Below, in pieces: positions 29,111-39,609 of a stretch of DNA of 64,000 nucleotides; the first letter of the stretch is position 1; each line of letters starts with the position of its first letter. The notes beneath the pieces were generated by a model. The model did no database searches and had not been told where the DNA came from. It was given only the letters and a program-made list of their open reading frames with translations. Source of the DNA: a virus; IMG/VR virus record IMGVR_UViG_3300005573_000071, positions 35,357 through 99,356 of that record; one strand, 5' to 3'. The translations under genes were made by a program, and so were the position numbers.

Positions 29111-29904
29111 AGATAGGTTTCATAGGAGATCTACATTTACAGAAAGCTCAACCACCTAGTAGAGCAGATGACTGGGTAGAGACGACATACCGCAAAATTA
29201 GTTGGCTGAATACTGTACCTGTAGACATTCTAGTCTGTACAGGAGATCTAGTAACACAACGTCCTCTTACAGTATCTACACTTTTGTTTGCATTTCGTAT
29301 TTTAGCACAAATTCAGAAACCGTTTTACTCGATTGTTGGCAACCACGATCAGATCACGACGACTGATAGTGTATTGGATCTTGTGCCGTCTATACATTCG
29401 TTAGACGTAGTTGAAATAGACGATGTTGTTATATTTGGTGTCCCATATGGACAAACAGCCTATCCGGTTCCTGTACCAGATAGATTCAATATATTGGTGT
29501 TGCATGAGATGATTACTCCTGCGACGAAAGAGTTACTAGGCTGCTATCATACACCAAAAGTGAAAGGCTTCGACTTATATATAGTTGGACACTATCACGA
29601 ACCCTTTGTACTTACGACACCTGAAGGTAAAGATGTTATCAATCCTGGAGTAGTATTGAGAGGTCGAGCGGATGAGGCAGACATACAAAGTAAATTAGTT
29701 ATCTTCGATACTGAAACAAAAAGTGTTGAATTTGTAGATATTCCGCAAGCTCGGAATGTCTTCGTAGAACGTGTTGAGACAGTACTCGAACACGTTGTGT
29801 ACACATTACGAGATCTACAACATATTACACTATCTAATTGGCTAGAAGAAGCTCCAGAAGACATCAAACCTATCTTGATGGAGTATGTCATTAAAGTGAA
29901 ATAA
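29107..29904 (+). CDS. sbcD: SbcD/Mre11-like metallophosphoesterase nuclease
   Basis: GDLH, TGDL, GNHD, LHE, GHYH, NPG motifs. Confidence 0.9.
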   Translation: MKIGFIGDLHLQKAQPPSRADDWVETTYRKISWLNTVPVDILVCTGDLVTQRPLTVSTLLFAFRILAQIQKPFYSIVGNHDQITTTDSVLDLVPSIHSLDVVEIDDVVIFGVPYGQTAYPVPVPDRFNILVLHEMITPATKELLGCYHTPKVKGFDLYIVGHYHEPFVLTTPEGKDVINPGVVLRGRADEADIQSKLVIFDTETKSVEFVDIPQARNVFVERVETVLEHVVYTLRDLQHITLSNWLEEAPEDIKPILMEYVIKVK

Positions 29905-29952
29905 AGAAGCAAATAGAAAATCGTATAGTAAGAGTTATGGAGGGACATTCTA

Positions 29953-30159
29953 ATGCAATATGCAAGCGTTGACAACGTTACTTTGTCTGTAGACGATTTG
30001 ATAATGAAGCTAGGATCGTTGACAGTAGAGAAAATGGAATTGGAGAAGAGACTACAAAATCTAACGAAGAAATACAACGAACTATCTGACATGTTAAATC
30101 AAGAGAGGTTGAAAGTAGCAAAATTAGAGGAGAAGTTGAATGATAGTAAGACTGAATAA
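29953..30159 (+). CDS. small coiled-coil protein
   Basis: GGAGGG RBS, heptad pattern. Confidence 0.6.
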   Translation: MQYASVDNVTLSVDDLIMKLGSLTVEKMELEKRLQNLTKKYNELSDMLNQERLKVAKLEEKLNDSKTE

Positions 30160-30392
30160 AATATATACATGAACTCACTACACGAAGAAATTCAGTTTTA
30201 TATCAACGTAGTACTATTACAGATAGAAGAATATTATTATAAGGAGGAATAAAAGATGGAAAACTTTCTTGAGTCATCTTTGAGTCTCTTACTTTTTATG
30301 TCGGGAATATGTGGTATCATGCTTGTACTGACGTCTGTTGACTGGGTCTCCGAGAAAATCCTTAGGAAGTAATATTTTGAAGGAGGAATAAA

Positions 30393-30824
30393 ATGAGACT
30401 AAGAGTTATCGACCACTTCGATGCTGCACATCGTTTATTGCAGTATCAAGGTAAGTGTGCGAATCTACACGGACATACCTGGGTCGTAGAAGTAGGTATC
30501 GATATTGACATTCGTCAGATCACTTCCGTAGGCTTCGCAATCGACTTCGGAGATCTCAAACTTATTGTGAAGAGTGTGTTAGAAGAATACGATCACGCGT
30601 TCCTTGTTAATAGGACTGATCCTATTTGTGCTAATATGAGCTCTACACGGTTAATACAACTTGACGGAAATCCCACAGCAGAAACGCTTGCGATACAAAT
30701 ACTGAAAGACTTACGACAAGAACTAAGAGAGCGAGAGTTGACTGGAGTTACAGTCGCAGAAGTTACAGTTTGGGAATCTCCGAAAGCGGGCGTAACAGTC
30801 TACAATCGGGAGGTAGCAGAATGA
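30393..30824 (+). CDS. queD: 6-carboxytetrahydropterin synthase
   Basis: FDAAHRL..KCANLHGHTW, DFGDLK, DHAFL, NPTAE, VWES. Confidence 0.95.
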   Translation: MRLRVIDHFDAAHRLLQYQGKCANLHGHTWVVEVGIDIDIRQITSVGFAIDFGDLKLIVKSVLEEYDHAFLVNRTDPICANMSSTRLIQLDGNPTAETLAIQILKDLRQELRERELTGVTVAEVTVWESPKAGVTVYNREVAE

Positions 30825-31153
30825 CAAAAGAAATAGAACTACAGATTAATTTGTTGAAGAATGAGCTACAAAAATTAGGATTTAAGAGTGTTGAGGACGC
30901 GATGAAGTATGTTGAAAGTGTCGACATACAGAAGTTGAAAGACGAACTCATAGTGATGGAGAATATTATGAAAGATCTTCCGTCTATCACAACAGTGATG
31001 ACGGAAATAAAGATGATAGAAAAAGAATTACAAGAGTTGGGTGTAACAGACATTGAGGAATTCATGCAACAAACGAAAGATGTTGACGTTGCTAGTGTCG
31101 TGTATGAGATCAAAAACTTGCAAGAACAGATTAAGGAGCTAAAAATAATTTAA
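30821..31153 (+). CDS. coiled-coil protein with internal duplication
   Basis: ELQKLGFKSVEDAM / ELQELGVTDIEEFM; GGGAGG RBS before ATG 30821. Confidence 0.65.
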   Translation: MTKEIELQINLLKNELQKLGFKSVEDAMKYVESVDIQKLKDELIVMENIMKDLPSITTVMTEIKMIEKELQELGVTDIEEFMQQTKDVDVASVVYEIKNLQEQIKELKII

Positions 31154-31163
31154 GGGGGGTGTT

Positions 31164-31442
31164 ATGCGAGTATATTGGAAAGTTAAGAACGATCCACGGG
31201 TAGACAAGAATTTTTGTCCTGCCTGTGGTACGACACTTACACATAACCTAATCCCGGCCTCTAAGGAGGCTAGCTGGCGATGCCGAAATTGCGGTTGGGA
31301 GGTAATAGCTCGACATCCTTTTCCAAGAGTATCTGAGGATATTGTAAGTTGCTATGAATATCCTTGGTTGATTAAAGACAACGGAAAGACAGGATGGATC
31401 TCTCCAGAAGTAGAAGCGGAAGAGAAAGGAGGTAAGCTGTAA
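31164..31442 (+). CDS. zinc-ribbon protein
   Basis: CPACG...CRNCG. Confidence 0.7.
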   Translation: MRVYWKVKNDPRVDKNFCPACGTTLTHNLIPASKEASWRCRNCGWEVIARHPFPRVSEDIVSCYEYPWLIKDNGKTGWISPEVEAEEKGGKL

Positions 31443-32926
31443 TGTGCATGTTACTTGGTTGGGCGGGAAAAGTACCTCTTCGCCCAAGTCACGAGTTTAT
31501 ACAATACATTGATAGACGCGGTAGAGATGCGTTTGGTGTTTACACACCAAAAACAGGTAAAATTACAGCATTCTCAAAAGACGCGTTTCTAAACAAAGTT
31601 ACGGATATAGAAGATGAAGTAGCTTTATTTGTAGGTAGAGCTGTTCCCGCGACAGAGTATCACGGTCACAAATACATTAGCAGCAAAGACACTCAACCCT
31701 TCATAAAAGGTGACTGGGTTGTAACACATAACGGATTACTACATAATGACACTGTGCTCGGGAAGAAGTATAAGCTACGTCGTCCTACCAAAGTTGATTC
31801 TTTCGTTATTGCATCTCTTCTAGATCGTTTCACAGTATCAAATACGTCTGCTCCTGATACTGTGACTAAAGTATTGGATGAAATCGAAGGATCATACGCT
31901 CTTGCAATCTACAACTCCAAGCAAAATTATCTCGCACTAGTAACGAACTTTATGCCACTTTACTATAAACTTACTAATGATACTATCTACTGGTCTTCAC
32001 TTCCTATTGAAGATATTACAACACCTCTTGAGCCATATTCGGGACTCCATATTTTTTTAAATGAACCTTCTGGTATCAAAGTTTCTCCATTCACACTAAA
32101 GACAACTCTAGACTTTAATAAAGTTGGTGTTGTATGTAGTGGGGGTATGGATAGTGTAACCGCACTACGCCTCTATCAGGTTCTCGGTTTCGATGTTACA
32201 CTTATTCATTTTAGCTATGGACAAGCAGCACAAGTCGTTGAGGATTATGTCACCACACAGATCGCGGACACATACGGCATACGCAAAATAACGCTTGATG
32301 TACAAGATTTATTCAAGCATTTCACGAGTGTGCTACTAAAAGCTAAACAGATCCCCGACAAAGCAGCTAGACTACTTGATGCCGAAGGTACATACAGTTA
32401 CGTTCCTGCCAGAAATCTCATCTTTGCAGCTATTGGTTTAGGAGTTTGTGAAGAGTTAGACCTCGGCCGTTTAGTTATATCTGGTAATTTAGATGATGGG
32501 GGTGGCTATCCAGATAACAATTACCCATTCTTCAAGTATCTCGACTACGTGAGTGCGTTATCACTTAATCAGCGACATAAGGTGAGATTTGAAGCACCTT
32601 TCGTACATCTAACGAAAAAAGAGATTTTAGAGATTGCATTTGCAACTGGTACACCTCTTCACATGACTGCGAGTTGCTACTATCCTAAACTAGAGGAAGA
32701 TAACAAGATAATATATTGCGGAAGTTGCGGGTGCGATAAGCTGAGAGTAGAGAGCTTTAAAGCTTTAGGTTATGTCGATCCGGTTAAGTATAGAATGTCA
32801 CAGAAATGGGGAAGACGAAAAAGTCTATGGAAGCATCCGCAATGGGCGGATCGAGTGAACAATATTAACTTAAGAATGTTGGAGGCTGAGATTCCTTACT
32901 TCGAGTATTTAGACATCAAAAAATAA
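31442..32926 (+). CDS. queC: Gat-QueC fusion (Ntn glutamine amidotransferase plus 7-cyano-7-deazaguanine synthase)
   Basis: N-terminal MC, RGRDAFG, QPF, HNG, VDS (class II GATase); SGGMDS, YVPARN, YPD, SCY, CGSCGC (QueC). Confidence 0.93.
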   Translation: MCMLLGWAGKVPLRPSHEFIQYIDRRGRDAFGVYTPKTGKITAFSKDAFLNKVTDIEDEVALFVGRAVPATEYHGHKYISSKDTQPFIKGDWVVTHNGLLHNDTVLGKKYKLRRPTKVDSFVIASLLDRFTVSNTSAPDTVTKVLDEIEGSYALAIYNSKQNYLALVTNFMPLYYKLTNDTIYWSSLPIEDITTPLEPYSGLHIFLNEPSGIKVSPFTLKTTLDFNKVGVVCSGGMDSVTALRLYQVLGFDVTLIHFSYGQAAQVVEDYVTTQIADTYGIRKITLDVQDLFKHFTSVLLKAKQIPDKAARLLDAEGTYSYVPARNLIFAAIGLGVCEELDLGRLVISGNLDDGGGYPDNNYPFFKYLDYVSALSLNQRHKVRFEAPFVHLTKKEILEIAFATGTPLHMTASCYYPKLEEDNKIIYCGSCGCDKLRVESFKALGYVDPVKYRMSQKWGRRKSLWKHPQWADRVNNINLRMLEAEIPYFEYLDIKK

Positions 32927-32955
32927 ACAAAAATTATAAGACTGGAGAGTATTGA

Positions 32956-33633
32956 ATGTTAATCGGGGTCTCGGGTACGCATGGCACGGGCAAATCGTTG
33001 TTTTTGTACGAGCTACGAAAGCATCTCAAAAAACCTACAAAACTTATTACTGAGTTGTACCGAGAGATAATCGCACGGACGCCTGTCAGTAGATTTACAG
33101 ACGGAGCGCTTCAAGATCTCGCGACATTCGAGATGTATGTACGCCACGAGATGATCTTAGAAGCTCTCAAAGAAGAGAAGATTGTTTTAGTTGATCGGCA
33201 TCCAGTTGACGCTCTCGTTTACGCTAAGTTCTTCGGCGCAAATGTTACAAAAGTAGAGTCTATTCTAAAAGAGCAATTGCCTTTATGGGAAGATGCTATT
33301 ATTGTTGGTTTTCTTTTTGGGTTTGAGTATACTATACCTCCACGACTCCTCAAGCCTCTACGAGACGATCCCGTTCGTAGAGAGACACTAAGACTTACTA
33401 ACTACTCTACGTTAGATAATGCTGTCATAGAGTTCGAGCGACTCTACTTGCAAACCGTCCAAGAACTGCAGATCCCGATGAAGATTTTCAAGTTGTCAGA
33501 TTATATAACACAACCTATAACGGAGACGTATACAGCTCGCAATACGACTGCAATCGAGTATATTTTAGCAGAGACTGGTAGTCGGGCACAAAAAATACAG
33601 GAGGTGGAAAGTAATGTTCGTAGATCTGCATAG
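32956..33633 (+). CDS. P-loop nucleotide kinase-like protein
   Basis: GTHGTGKS, VDRHPVDALVY. Confidence 0.8.
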   Translation: MLIGVSGTHGTGKSLFLYELRKHLKKPTKLITELYREIIARTPVSRFTDGALQDLATFEMYVRHEMILEALKEEKIVLVDRHPVDALVYAKFFGANVTKVESILKEQLPLWEDAIIVGFLFGFEYTIPPRLLKPLRDDPVRRETLRLTNYSTLDNAVIEFERLYLQTVQELQIPMKIFKLSDYITQPITETYTARNTTAIEYILAETGSRAQKIQEVESNVRRSA

Positions 33634-33838
33634 AGGATATGTTTGTATAGATTGTGATGCTATCTTTGATCCGTCTGATTATCGAGACGCTAGCAAAGAG
33701 ATTCAATGTCCTAGATGTGCTTCTAGAGTCGCAATACCACTTACGCGGTGGCTTAGAGCATTAGGTATGACGGCACTTGAAGCTTATATTCGGGAGGAAG
33801 CATGTCGAGTGACATCAGCAGAATCTTTAGAGAACTAG
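33614..33838 (+). CDS. zinc-ribbon protein
   Basis: CIDC...CPRC. Confidence 0.65.
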   Translation: MFVDLHRGYVCIDCDAIFDPSDYRDASKEIQCPRCASRVAIPLTRWLRALGMTALEAYIREEACRVTSAESLEN

Positions 33839-35061
33839 AAAAGATACAAAATCTTCGTACACTCCGCGAGAAACTATCTGCACTTCAATCTTTATTGACC
33901 TCTCCTCACTCGCAACTATTGAAAGAGGTTATTGATTTTACTTATAATTATAAAAAGAAATATTTTGTGAGGGCACCTATATCAGAAACGCACATTCCGA
34001 CAGCACCCATTCGAGAAGACCCGAATCAAACTTGGTCTCGATTTAAGGAGCTCTTGACACAATTACAGCAACGACCAAAGAACGCACGAATGCTCGTACT
34101 CCAATTCTTCAATTCTATTCCTGTGGAGGATCACGTTAAATGGTATGTACGAATCTTGAATAGAGACTTAAAGATCGGGATTGGAGAAGATTCTCTAAAG
34201 AAATTATTTGCCGGAGTTATCGCAGATGTTCCAGTTATGCTAGCAGATCTGTATGATCCAAAAATGAAGTTACCGGATGAAGTTATAATAGAACCTAAAT
34301 ACGATGGTGTTCGTGTTGTATTGATAGTAGAAAATGGTGATGTGATTGCTCTTACACGGAATGGGAAGCGTGTGGAGAATATAGAGAATTTACTCCTAAC
34401 AGCTAACTGTAAGCTTCCGGATGGCGTGTATGATAGCGAAGCATTCGATTCTTCTTGGAATGTTACACTCTCCGCGATTACGAAAGCAGGAGCACCTAAC
34501 ATACACACTATCAGACTTAACGTCTTCGACTACTTGACACTCGAAGAGTGGAGACGAAGATCTTCTCATATCCCACTTCTATCTAGAAAACATAGACTTG
34601 AACAAGTATTACGAAATGTGGATTGCAAGTATGTAAGGAAAGTGCCGTATTTCATAGTTGATCAGTCTGGAATAAATAAGTACTACGAACGCTTTACGAA
34701 GGAAGGATTCGAAGGTGCAATCATAAAAGATCCAAACTCTTACTATCTCTTCAAACGAAGTAACGCTTGGTTGAAGCTTAAGGAAAGAGATGTGCAAGCA
34801 TACAAAGTTGTGGGTGCGGAAGTTGGTACGGGAAAGTATACTCACGTCTTAGGAGCGCTTATCGTACAAGACAGAGACGGAACAACGTTTAAGGTCGGAG
34901 GTGGCTTCACAGATAAACAAAGAAAAGAGTTTTGGGAGAATAGGAATAGCTTGATCGGACAATGTGTAGAAGTTGTTCTCTTTCCGTCTAAACAAAAGGC
35001 GTCGAAAGCGTCTTTTCCTGTGTTTCTTAGATTTCGTCCAGATTTAGGCGGCGAATGTTAG
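33802..35061 (+). CDS. lig: ATP-dependent DNA ligase
   Basis: EPKYDGVR, FDYL, EGAIIKD, WLKLK, OB domain VGGGFTD..FPVFLRFR. Confidence 0.95.
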   Translation: MSSDISRIFRELEKIQNLRTLREKLSALQSLLTSPHSQLLKEVIDFTYNYKKKYFVRAPISETHIPTAPIREDPNQTWSRFKELLTQLQQRPKNARMLVLQFFNSIPVEDHVKWYVRILNRDLKIGIGEDSLKKLFAGVIADVPVMLADLYDPKMKLPDEVIIEPKYDGVRVVLIVENGDVIALTRNGKRVENIENLLLTANCKLPDGVYDSEAFDSSWNVTLSAITKAGAPNIHTIRLNVFDYLTLEEWRRRSSHIPLLSRKHRLEQVLRNVDCKYVRKVPYFIVDQSGINKYYERFTKEGFEGAIIKDPNSYYLFKRSNAWLKLKERDVQAYKVVGAEVGTGKYTHVLGALIVQDRDGTTFKVGGGFTDKQRKEFWENRNSLIGQCVEVVLFPSKQKASKASFPVFLRFRPDLGGEC

Positions 35062-35079
35062 TTACTAAGGAGGGCAGTT

Positions 35080-35310
35080 ATGGAAGACGCAACCGTAAAA
35101 GTTTTAAGCGAAGAGGTATTTAGCACACGTACTATTCGTTTTGAGATTACTGTTGGAGATCAATTAGGTTTCGGAGATGTTATAATTACTAGACGTAGCA
35201 CAGATACGCATGAAGATGTCGATTACCGTATTGAGTGGGAGCAACCCATTATGGGTATCACCGATGATCTCGTCATCGATATGGTACTCGAAGAGGTTAG
35301 AAGCTATTGA
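35080..35310 (+). CDS. hypothetical protein
   Basis: 76-aa ORF with AGGAGG RBS. Confidence 0.6.
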   Translation: MEDATVKVLSEEVFSTRTIRFEITVGDQLGFGDVIITRRSTDTHEDVDYRIEWEQPIMGITDDLVIDMVLEEVRSY

Positions 35311-35329
35311 AAATAGAAGAGGAGGAAAG

Positions 35330-35647
35330 ATGACACTACAAGGCGCTACACTAACTAAGAAGAAAGCGGAAGAGATTCAACAAAGAATTGAATATACAAG
35401 TATCGGCTGGGGACATACATTCGTTCATGTAACTCCTAATGGAGGTGTACATTATACGGGTAAAGCAACGAAAACGAATGCGTTGTTCATTGAGCTTCCT
35501 GCTGGCAGAGGACAATATATTCTCGTCGTCCTATACGAATATCCGAAGGGTGTGATAATGCATATTTATGAAACAAAGACGAATGCACATACACGTGCTC
35601 AACACGCGATCATAGAAATAATTAACATCTTAAAAGAGAAAGACTAG
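35330..35647 (+). CDS. hypothetical protein
   Basis: GGAGG RBS before ATG 35330 (ORF track start 35210 is probably too long). Confidence 0.6.
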   Translation: MTLQGATLTKKKAEEIQQRIEYTSIGWGHTFVHVTPNGGVHYTGKATKTNALFIELPAGRGQYILVVLYEYPKGVIMHIYETKTNAHTRAQHAIIEIINILKEKD

Positions 35648-35649
35648 TT

Positions 35650-36078
35650 ATGCGGATGTGGATGGTTCAACCTCAAATTTTGTGTGATCAGCACTTACTG
35701 GGCGAGCATTGTGAGATTCATATGTTCATCGGTACACTCGAAAAGGGAGTAAAGATTGACGGTTACGCTAAAAGAAATCTTGTTGAACCTTGCTCATTTC
35801 TTGTGAGACATGAAGAGTTAACAGAAGAGATGGAACGTAGAGGTATGAAACATCGCACTCCCTTAGAATATAAACAAGAGCTCATCGAACGTTTGCCTTA
35901 CGAGATAAAGAATTGCAAGATAGACAGATCTGAATCGCTTGCTGAGCTCATACGGAGATGCGAAAAATGTAGAAGAAACTATATACAGTTTCTAACCGAG
36001 CGAAAGGAGGCTATAAATGAAAAAATTGCTTGCATGGGCTCAGACAGTAGCTCGGAACACAGAGACGTTTCCACTTGA
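35650..36078 (+). CDS. pyrimidine-dimer DNA glycosylase/endonuclease V-like protein
   Basis: MRMW..P..LCDQHLLGEH.E and RHEEL..EM.RRG..H pattern. Confidence 0.75.
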   Translation: MRMWMVQPQILCDQHLLGEHCEIHMFIGTLEKGVKIDGYAKRNLVEPCSFLVRHEELTEEMERRGMKHRTPLEYKQELIERLPYEIKNCKIDRSESLAELIRRCEKCRRNYIQFLTERKEAINEKIACMGSDSSSEHRDVST

Positions 36079-36892
36079 CGAAGATGAGGTTGTATCGGCT
36101 ACACTATACGGCATTACTAAATACATTAAAGATTTTTTAGCTGGTAAGTTTATGGGAGTCCATAAACCGTTGCTAGCTAAATACATACGAACCGAAATAT
36201 TGAACACACGACAGTGTCTACTTACCGTAGGACGAAACTGGTTCAATACCGTCGATATGTATGGAGACAACGACATTACTCTCGTACCAGATACTCACAC
36301 TACAGATCCGTATTATTGTCTGCTACGAAAAGAGGTTGCTAGAGCTGTACTAACATCGAGCAAATTAACGCCGAAACATAAAGCTCTCTTTATTTTGCTA
36401 AACGTCGGTTGGAGTTGGAGGGATTCATGTGAGTTGTGCAAAATCTTTAAAGTGAACAGTCAAGGCTTAAGTCAGCTTTGGCGAGAACTACAAAGTTATG
36501 TCAAAGAAGATCTCCTATTGCTGAGATCAAACAGATACTACGAGAGAAGACAACGCCGGCAGATTCTCGTACGTTCGAAGAGTAAGTTACAACAGCTACG
36601 TAAGATGCTCTTAGATACATATGAGAAACTGCAAGCTACAAACGAGAAGTCCAGACTAAGAAAGAGGTTGAAAGCTATATACCGCGAAATAGCATACGTT
36701 TTAGAGACGCTCGCCGACAAATGCGAAGAGTTCAGAGATTATCATAACGCTTTCGTTTCTATCCTATCTGGAAGTGACTATGTTCATACAAATACGCTCT
36801 TTAAGATAGACGAAGTCATTGATCTTATAGATCCGACAATTGAGGATGATTACGTACAATCACAGCTAAGAATAGGTGTAGAATGCAAGTGA
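36017..36892 (+). CDS. putative divergent sigma70-family factor
   Basis: Region-2-like DEDEVVSATLYGITKYIKDF..KF..YIRTEILN and region-4-like LTPKHKALFIL..ELCKIFKVNSQGLSQLW. Confidence 0.5.
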   Translation: MKKLLAWAQTVARNTETFPLDEDEVVSATLYGITKYIKDFLAGKFMGVHKPLLAKYIRTEILNTRQCLLTVGRNWFNTVDMYGDNDITLVPDTHTTDPYYCLLRKEVARAVLTSSKLTPKHKALFILLNVGWSWRDSCELCKIFKVNSQGLSQLWRELQSYVKEDLLLLRSNRYYERRQRRQILVRSKSKLQQLRKMLLDTYEKLQATNEKSRLRKRLKAIYREIAYVLETLADKCEEFRDYHNAFVSILSGSDYVHTNTLFKIDEVIDLIDPTIEDDYVQSQLRIGVECK

Positions 36893-39609
36893 AAGATATC
36901 AACAGGAAGATAATTTGTGGTCTTTGGTGGGCATTACTATTTAGGACGCCAGATCCCACAAAACAGCCGCCGCATCCTCATGCTGAAGTTGACGGTACTA
37001 CTCTTGCACGATCATACTTACGAGACTTACCGCAGAGAGATATTCTGGAGTTACATCCTCCTACGGTTGAACTCGTTGCAAGTTTAGTGGACACCTACGA
37101 CAAAGAACTTTGTTATAAGTGGTATCATCTCTTTAGAGAAGAAGTATGTAAAAAGTGTCCGTATTATGAGTTAGAGGATCAATGGGTAGGTAGTAGTTAT
37201 ACTAACAAAGATCGTCCGAGATTGATTGTCGTAGGACAAGCTCCTGGAGCCGACGAAGTAGATGATGGGCGTCCGTTCGTAGGTCCAGCGGGTAAGTATT
37301 TGTGGAAACGTTTAGGAGAAATAAATGTCGTTAGAAGTGACATATATGTTACGAACTCAGTCAAATGCAGACCTCCGAAGGATGCTGAACCTACTACAGA
37401 AGCGTTAACTTGTTGTACACCACTCTTGTATGAAGAACTAAAACAGTTACCCGACTTGCTTGTAATAGCAGCAGGTAAAGTTGCTGTGAGAGCTACTACT
37501 CATCTGAAAACGTTTAGAATTGACGACTATGCTGGCGGTTGTATAGACTCGCAGATCACTCACCACAATATATTCGTATTGAAACATCCAGCATCCGTTT
37601 TACGTTCTGGATCGTTATGGATTGACAGACAGTACAGAGATCATGTTAATCAGCTTCAACGAGTGCTATCTGGAGAAGAATTCAAACACTCACTACCTTC
37701 ATTCGAAGTTGTAGATAGTCTTGCAAAATTTGATGAGTTCGAGCTGAAAGTTAGACAGCAGCCTATATGTGCTATAGATATAGAAACAACGGGATTAGGT
37801 TTCGAAGACGAGATTGTGTCTGTAGCAATAAGTAATAATTTAGGTACTTGGGTGTTCCCTGTTCTTACGCATCCTTATCTAATAGACAAACTAAGACAAG
37901 TCCTACCTACACTAAAACTAATCGCACACAACGCTATATTCGATATCTGCATGATAAACTATAGGTGGGATCTAGAATGTGACGTATATTGGGATACAAT
38001 GCAATTTCAACACTTACTTGACGAAGAAGGAGAGCTAGGGCTGAATATACTCGCTGTTCGTATGGTAGGTGCTCCTCCAGGTTTCAAAGAGAAAGGAGAT
38101 AAGTTTTGGCGAATCAAAGATCTCGCTGCACATCTCAAAGAACACAAAGAAGATTTAAGCACATTCTTGGAGTACAATGCTACTGACGCATACTATACTT
38201 ATAAAGTTTATCTCGCGCAACAGAAACACCCAGAGTACGCCCACGTAATCAATTTCCATAACATATTCACACTTCCTGTACTTAACATGTTCATCGATAT
38301 CAATAAGTTTGGCGCTCCTATTGACGTATACCAGATGATAGAACTCAACAAACATTTCTCTACAGAGATCTCAAATCTCGAACAAGAATTATTTGCTATA
38401 GTAGGATCATCATTCAGGCATAGGAGTACTCAAGAACTAGCAAACGTATTGAGATTATTAGGAGTTACAGAAGAGCAGACAGGTAAAACAGATACGGGTA
38501 GAATGAAGTTGACGCAGGACGTAATCGAGAAATTATCAGAAGCTGAAAACGAGAAAGTGGCACTCTTAGCTCAGAAAATACTTGAGATACGAAAGCTCGA
38601 AAAACTAAGAGATACATACATACGCCAATTGAGCAATTATATTTACACGAATGCATATACGAAAGTTCCTAGTGTCTCGCCTGTGTTTAAGCTACATGCA
38701 TCTAAGACATATCGTATCAATACAGAGAATCCGAACATCCACAATATACCAAGAGGTTCTCAACTAAAGAAATTATTTGCTGCTCCTGAAGGATATGTCA
38801 TTCTAGGATCAGACTACGAAAGTGCGGAAGCGTTTCACGCTGCAAGTATTAGTGGAGAATCGAAAGTAATTGAGTTTGTTCTAGATCCCACAAAAGATCA
38901 GCATAGATATACAGCTGCTCGCGTTTTTGGTATATCTGAAGATCAGGTAACAAAAGATCAGCGGACGACAGCAAAGCTTGTATGGTTTTGTTTACAATAT
39001 GGTGGTACGGAACACGCCGTTGCTCGAGACTTGAACATCTCATATGAAGAGGCTATGAAAATTGTTAACGGGATCAGAAAGACGTATCCTAGACTTTTTC
39101 ATACTCTCGATAGTTTTATTGCAGTAGCTAAAACAAATAAAAGATTAGTGAATAGATTTGGAGCTGTTAGGAGATTCAAAATTTGGGAAGGACAATTTGC
39201 ATCTTCGAATGCTAGACAAGCACTTAACTTTCCAATTCAAAGTGAAGTGTCTATCTATTGTCATTTAGCAGCTTATGATCTACATCTTATTATGAAAGAA
39301 GTTGGCTTGGAGAATTGGAGAATCTTATTCACTATCCACGACGCTATTTACACTCTCGTGAAAAAAGAGTTGGCAAGTCTGGCTGCTGCAATTATGAAGA
39401 AAGTGATGGAGCTACCTCGATATGGTATGTACCTACTAACAAGCCCTGAAGTTGGGCCTACTTGGTACGATTTACATCCTCTCGAAGGTACTGAGAAAGA
39501 GTTATACGATAGTTTCTTAGTCCAACCATTAGATGAATTAATTAGGAGGATAATATTAGATGTCGAACGTGATACGAGTAACGAACTTAGAGTTTCTTAC
39601 TACGTGTGA
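36883..39609 (+). CDS. polA: family A DNA polymerase with N-terminal family-4 uracil-DNA glycosylase and 3'-5' exonuclease domains
   Basis: UDG: CKKC, GQAPG, PFVG, KCRPP, HPA; exo: DIETTG, HNAIFD, YNATDA; pol: DYESAE, RTTAK..F..QYG, NFPIQS, IHDA. Confidence 0.93.
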   Translation: MQVKDINRKIICGLWWALLFRTPDPTKQPPHPHAEVDGTTLARSYLRDLPQRDILELHPPTVELVASLVDTYDKELCYKWYHLFREEVCKKCPYYELEDQWVGSSYTNKDRPRLIVVGQAPGADEVDDGRPFVGPAGKYLWKRLGEINVVRSDIYVTNSVKCRPPKDAEPTTEALTCCTPLLYEELKQLPDLLVIAAGKVAVRATTHLKTFRIDDYAGGCIDSQITHHNIFVLKHPASVLRSGSLWIDRQYRDHVNQLQRVLSGEEFKHSLPSFEVVDSLAKFDEFELKVRQQPICAIDIETTGLGFEDEIVSVAISNNLGTWVFPVLTHPYLIDKLRQVLPTLKLIAHNAIFDICMINYRWDLECDVYWDTMQFQHLLDEEGELGLNILAVRMVGAPPGFKEKGDKFWRIKDLAAHLKEHKEDLSTFLEYNATDAYYTYKVYLAQQKHPEYAHVINFHNIFTLPVLNMFIDINKFGAPIDVYQMIELNKHFSTEISNLEQELFAIVGSSFRHRSTQELANVLRLLGVTEEQTGKTDTGRMKLTQDVIEKLSEAENEKVALLAQKILEIRKLEKLRDTYIRQLSNYIYTNAYTKVPSVSPVFKLHASKTYRINTENPNIHNIPRGSQLKKLFAAPEGYVILGSDYESAEAFHAASISGESKVIEFVLDPTKDQHRYTAARVFGISEDQVTKDQRTTAKLVWFCLQYGGTEHAVARDLNISYEEAMKIVNGIRKTYPRLFHTLDSFIAVAKTNKRLVNRFGAVRRFKIWEGQFASSNARQALNFPIQSEVSIYCHLAAYDLHLIMKEVGLENWRILFTIHDAIYTLVKKELASLAAAIMKKVMELPRYGMYLLTSPEVGPTWYDLHPLEGTEKELYDSFLVQPLDELIRRIILDVERDTSNELRVSYYV

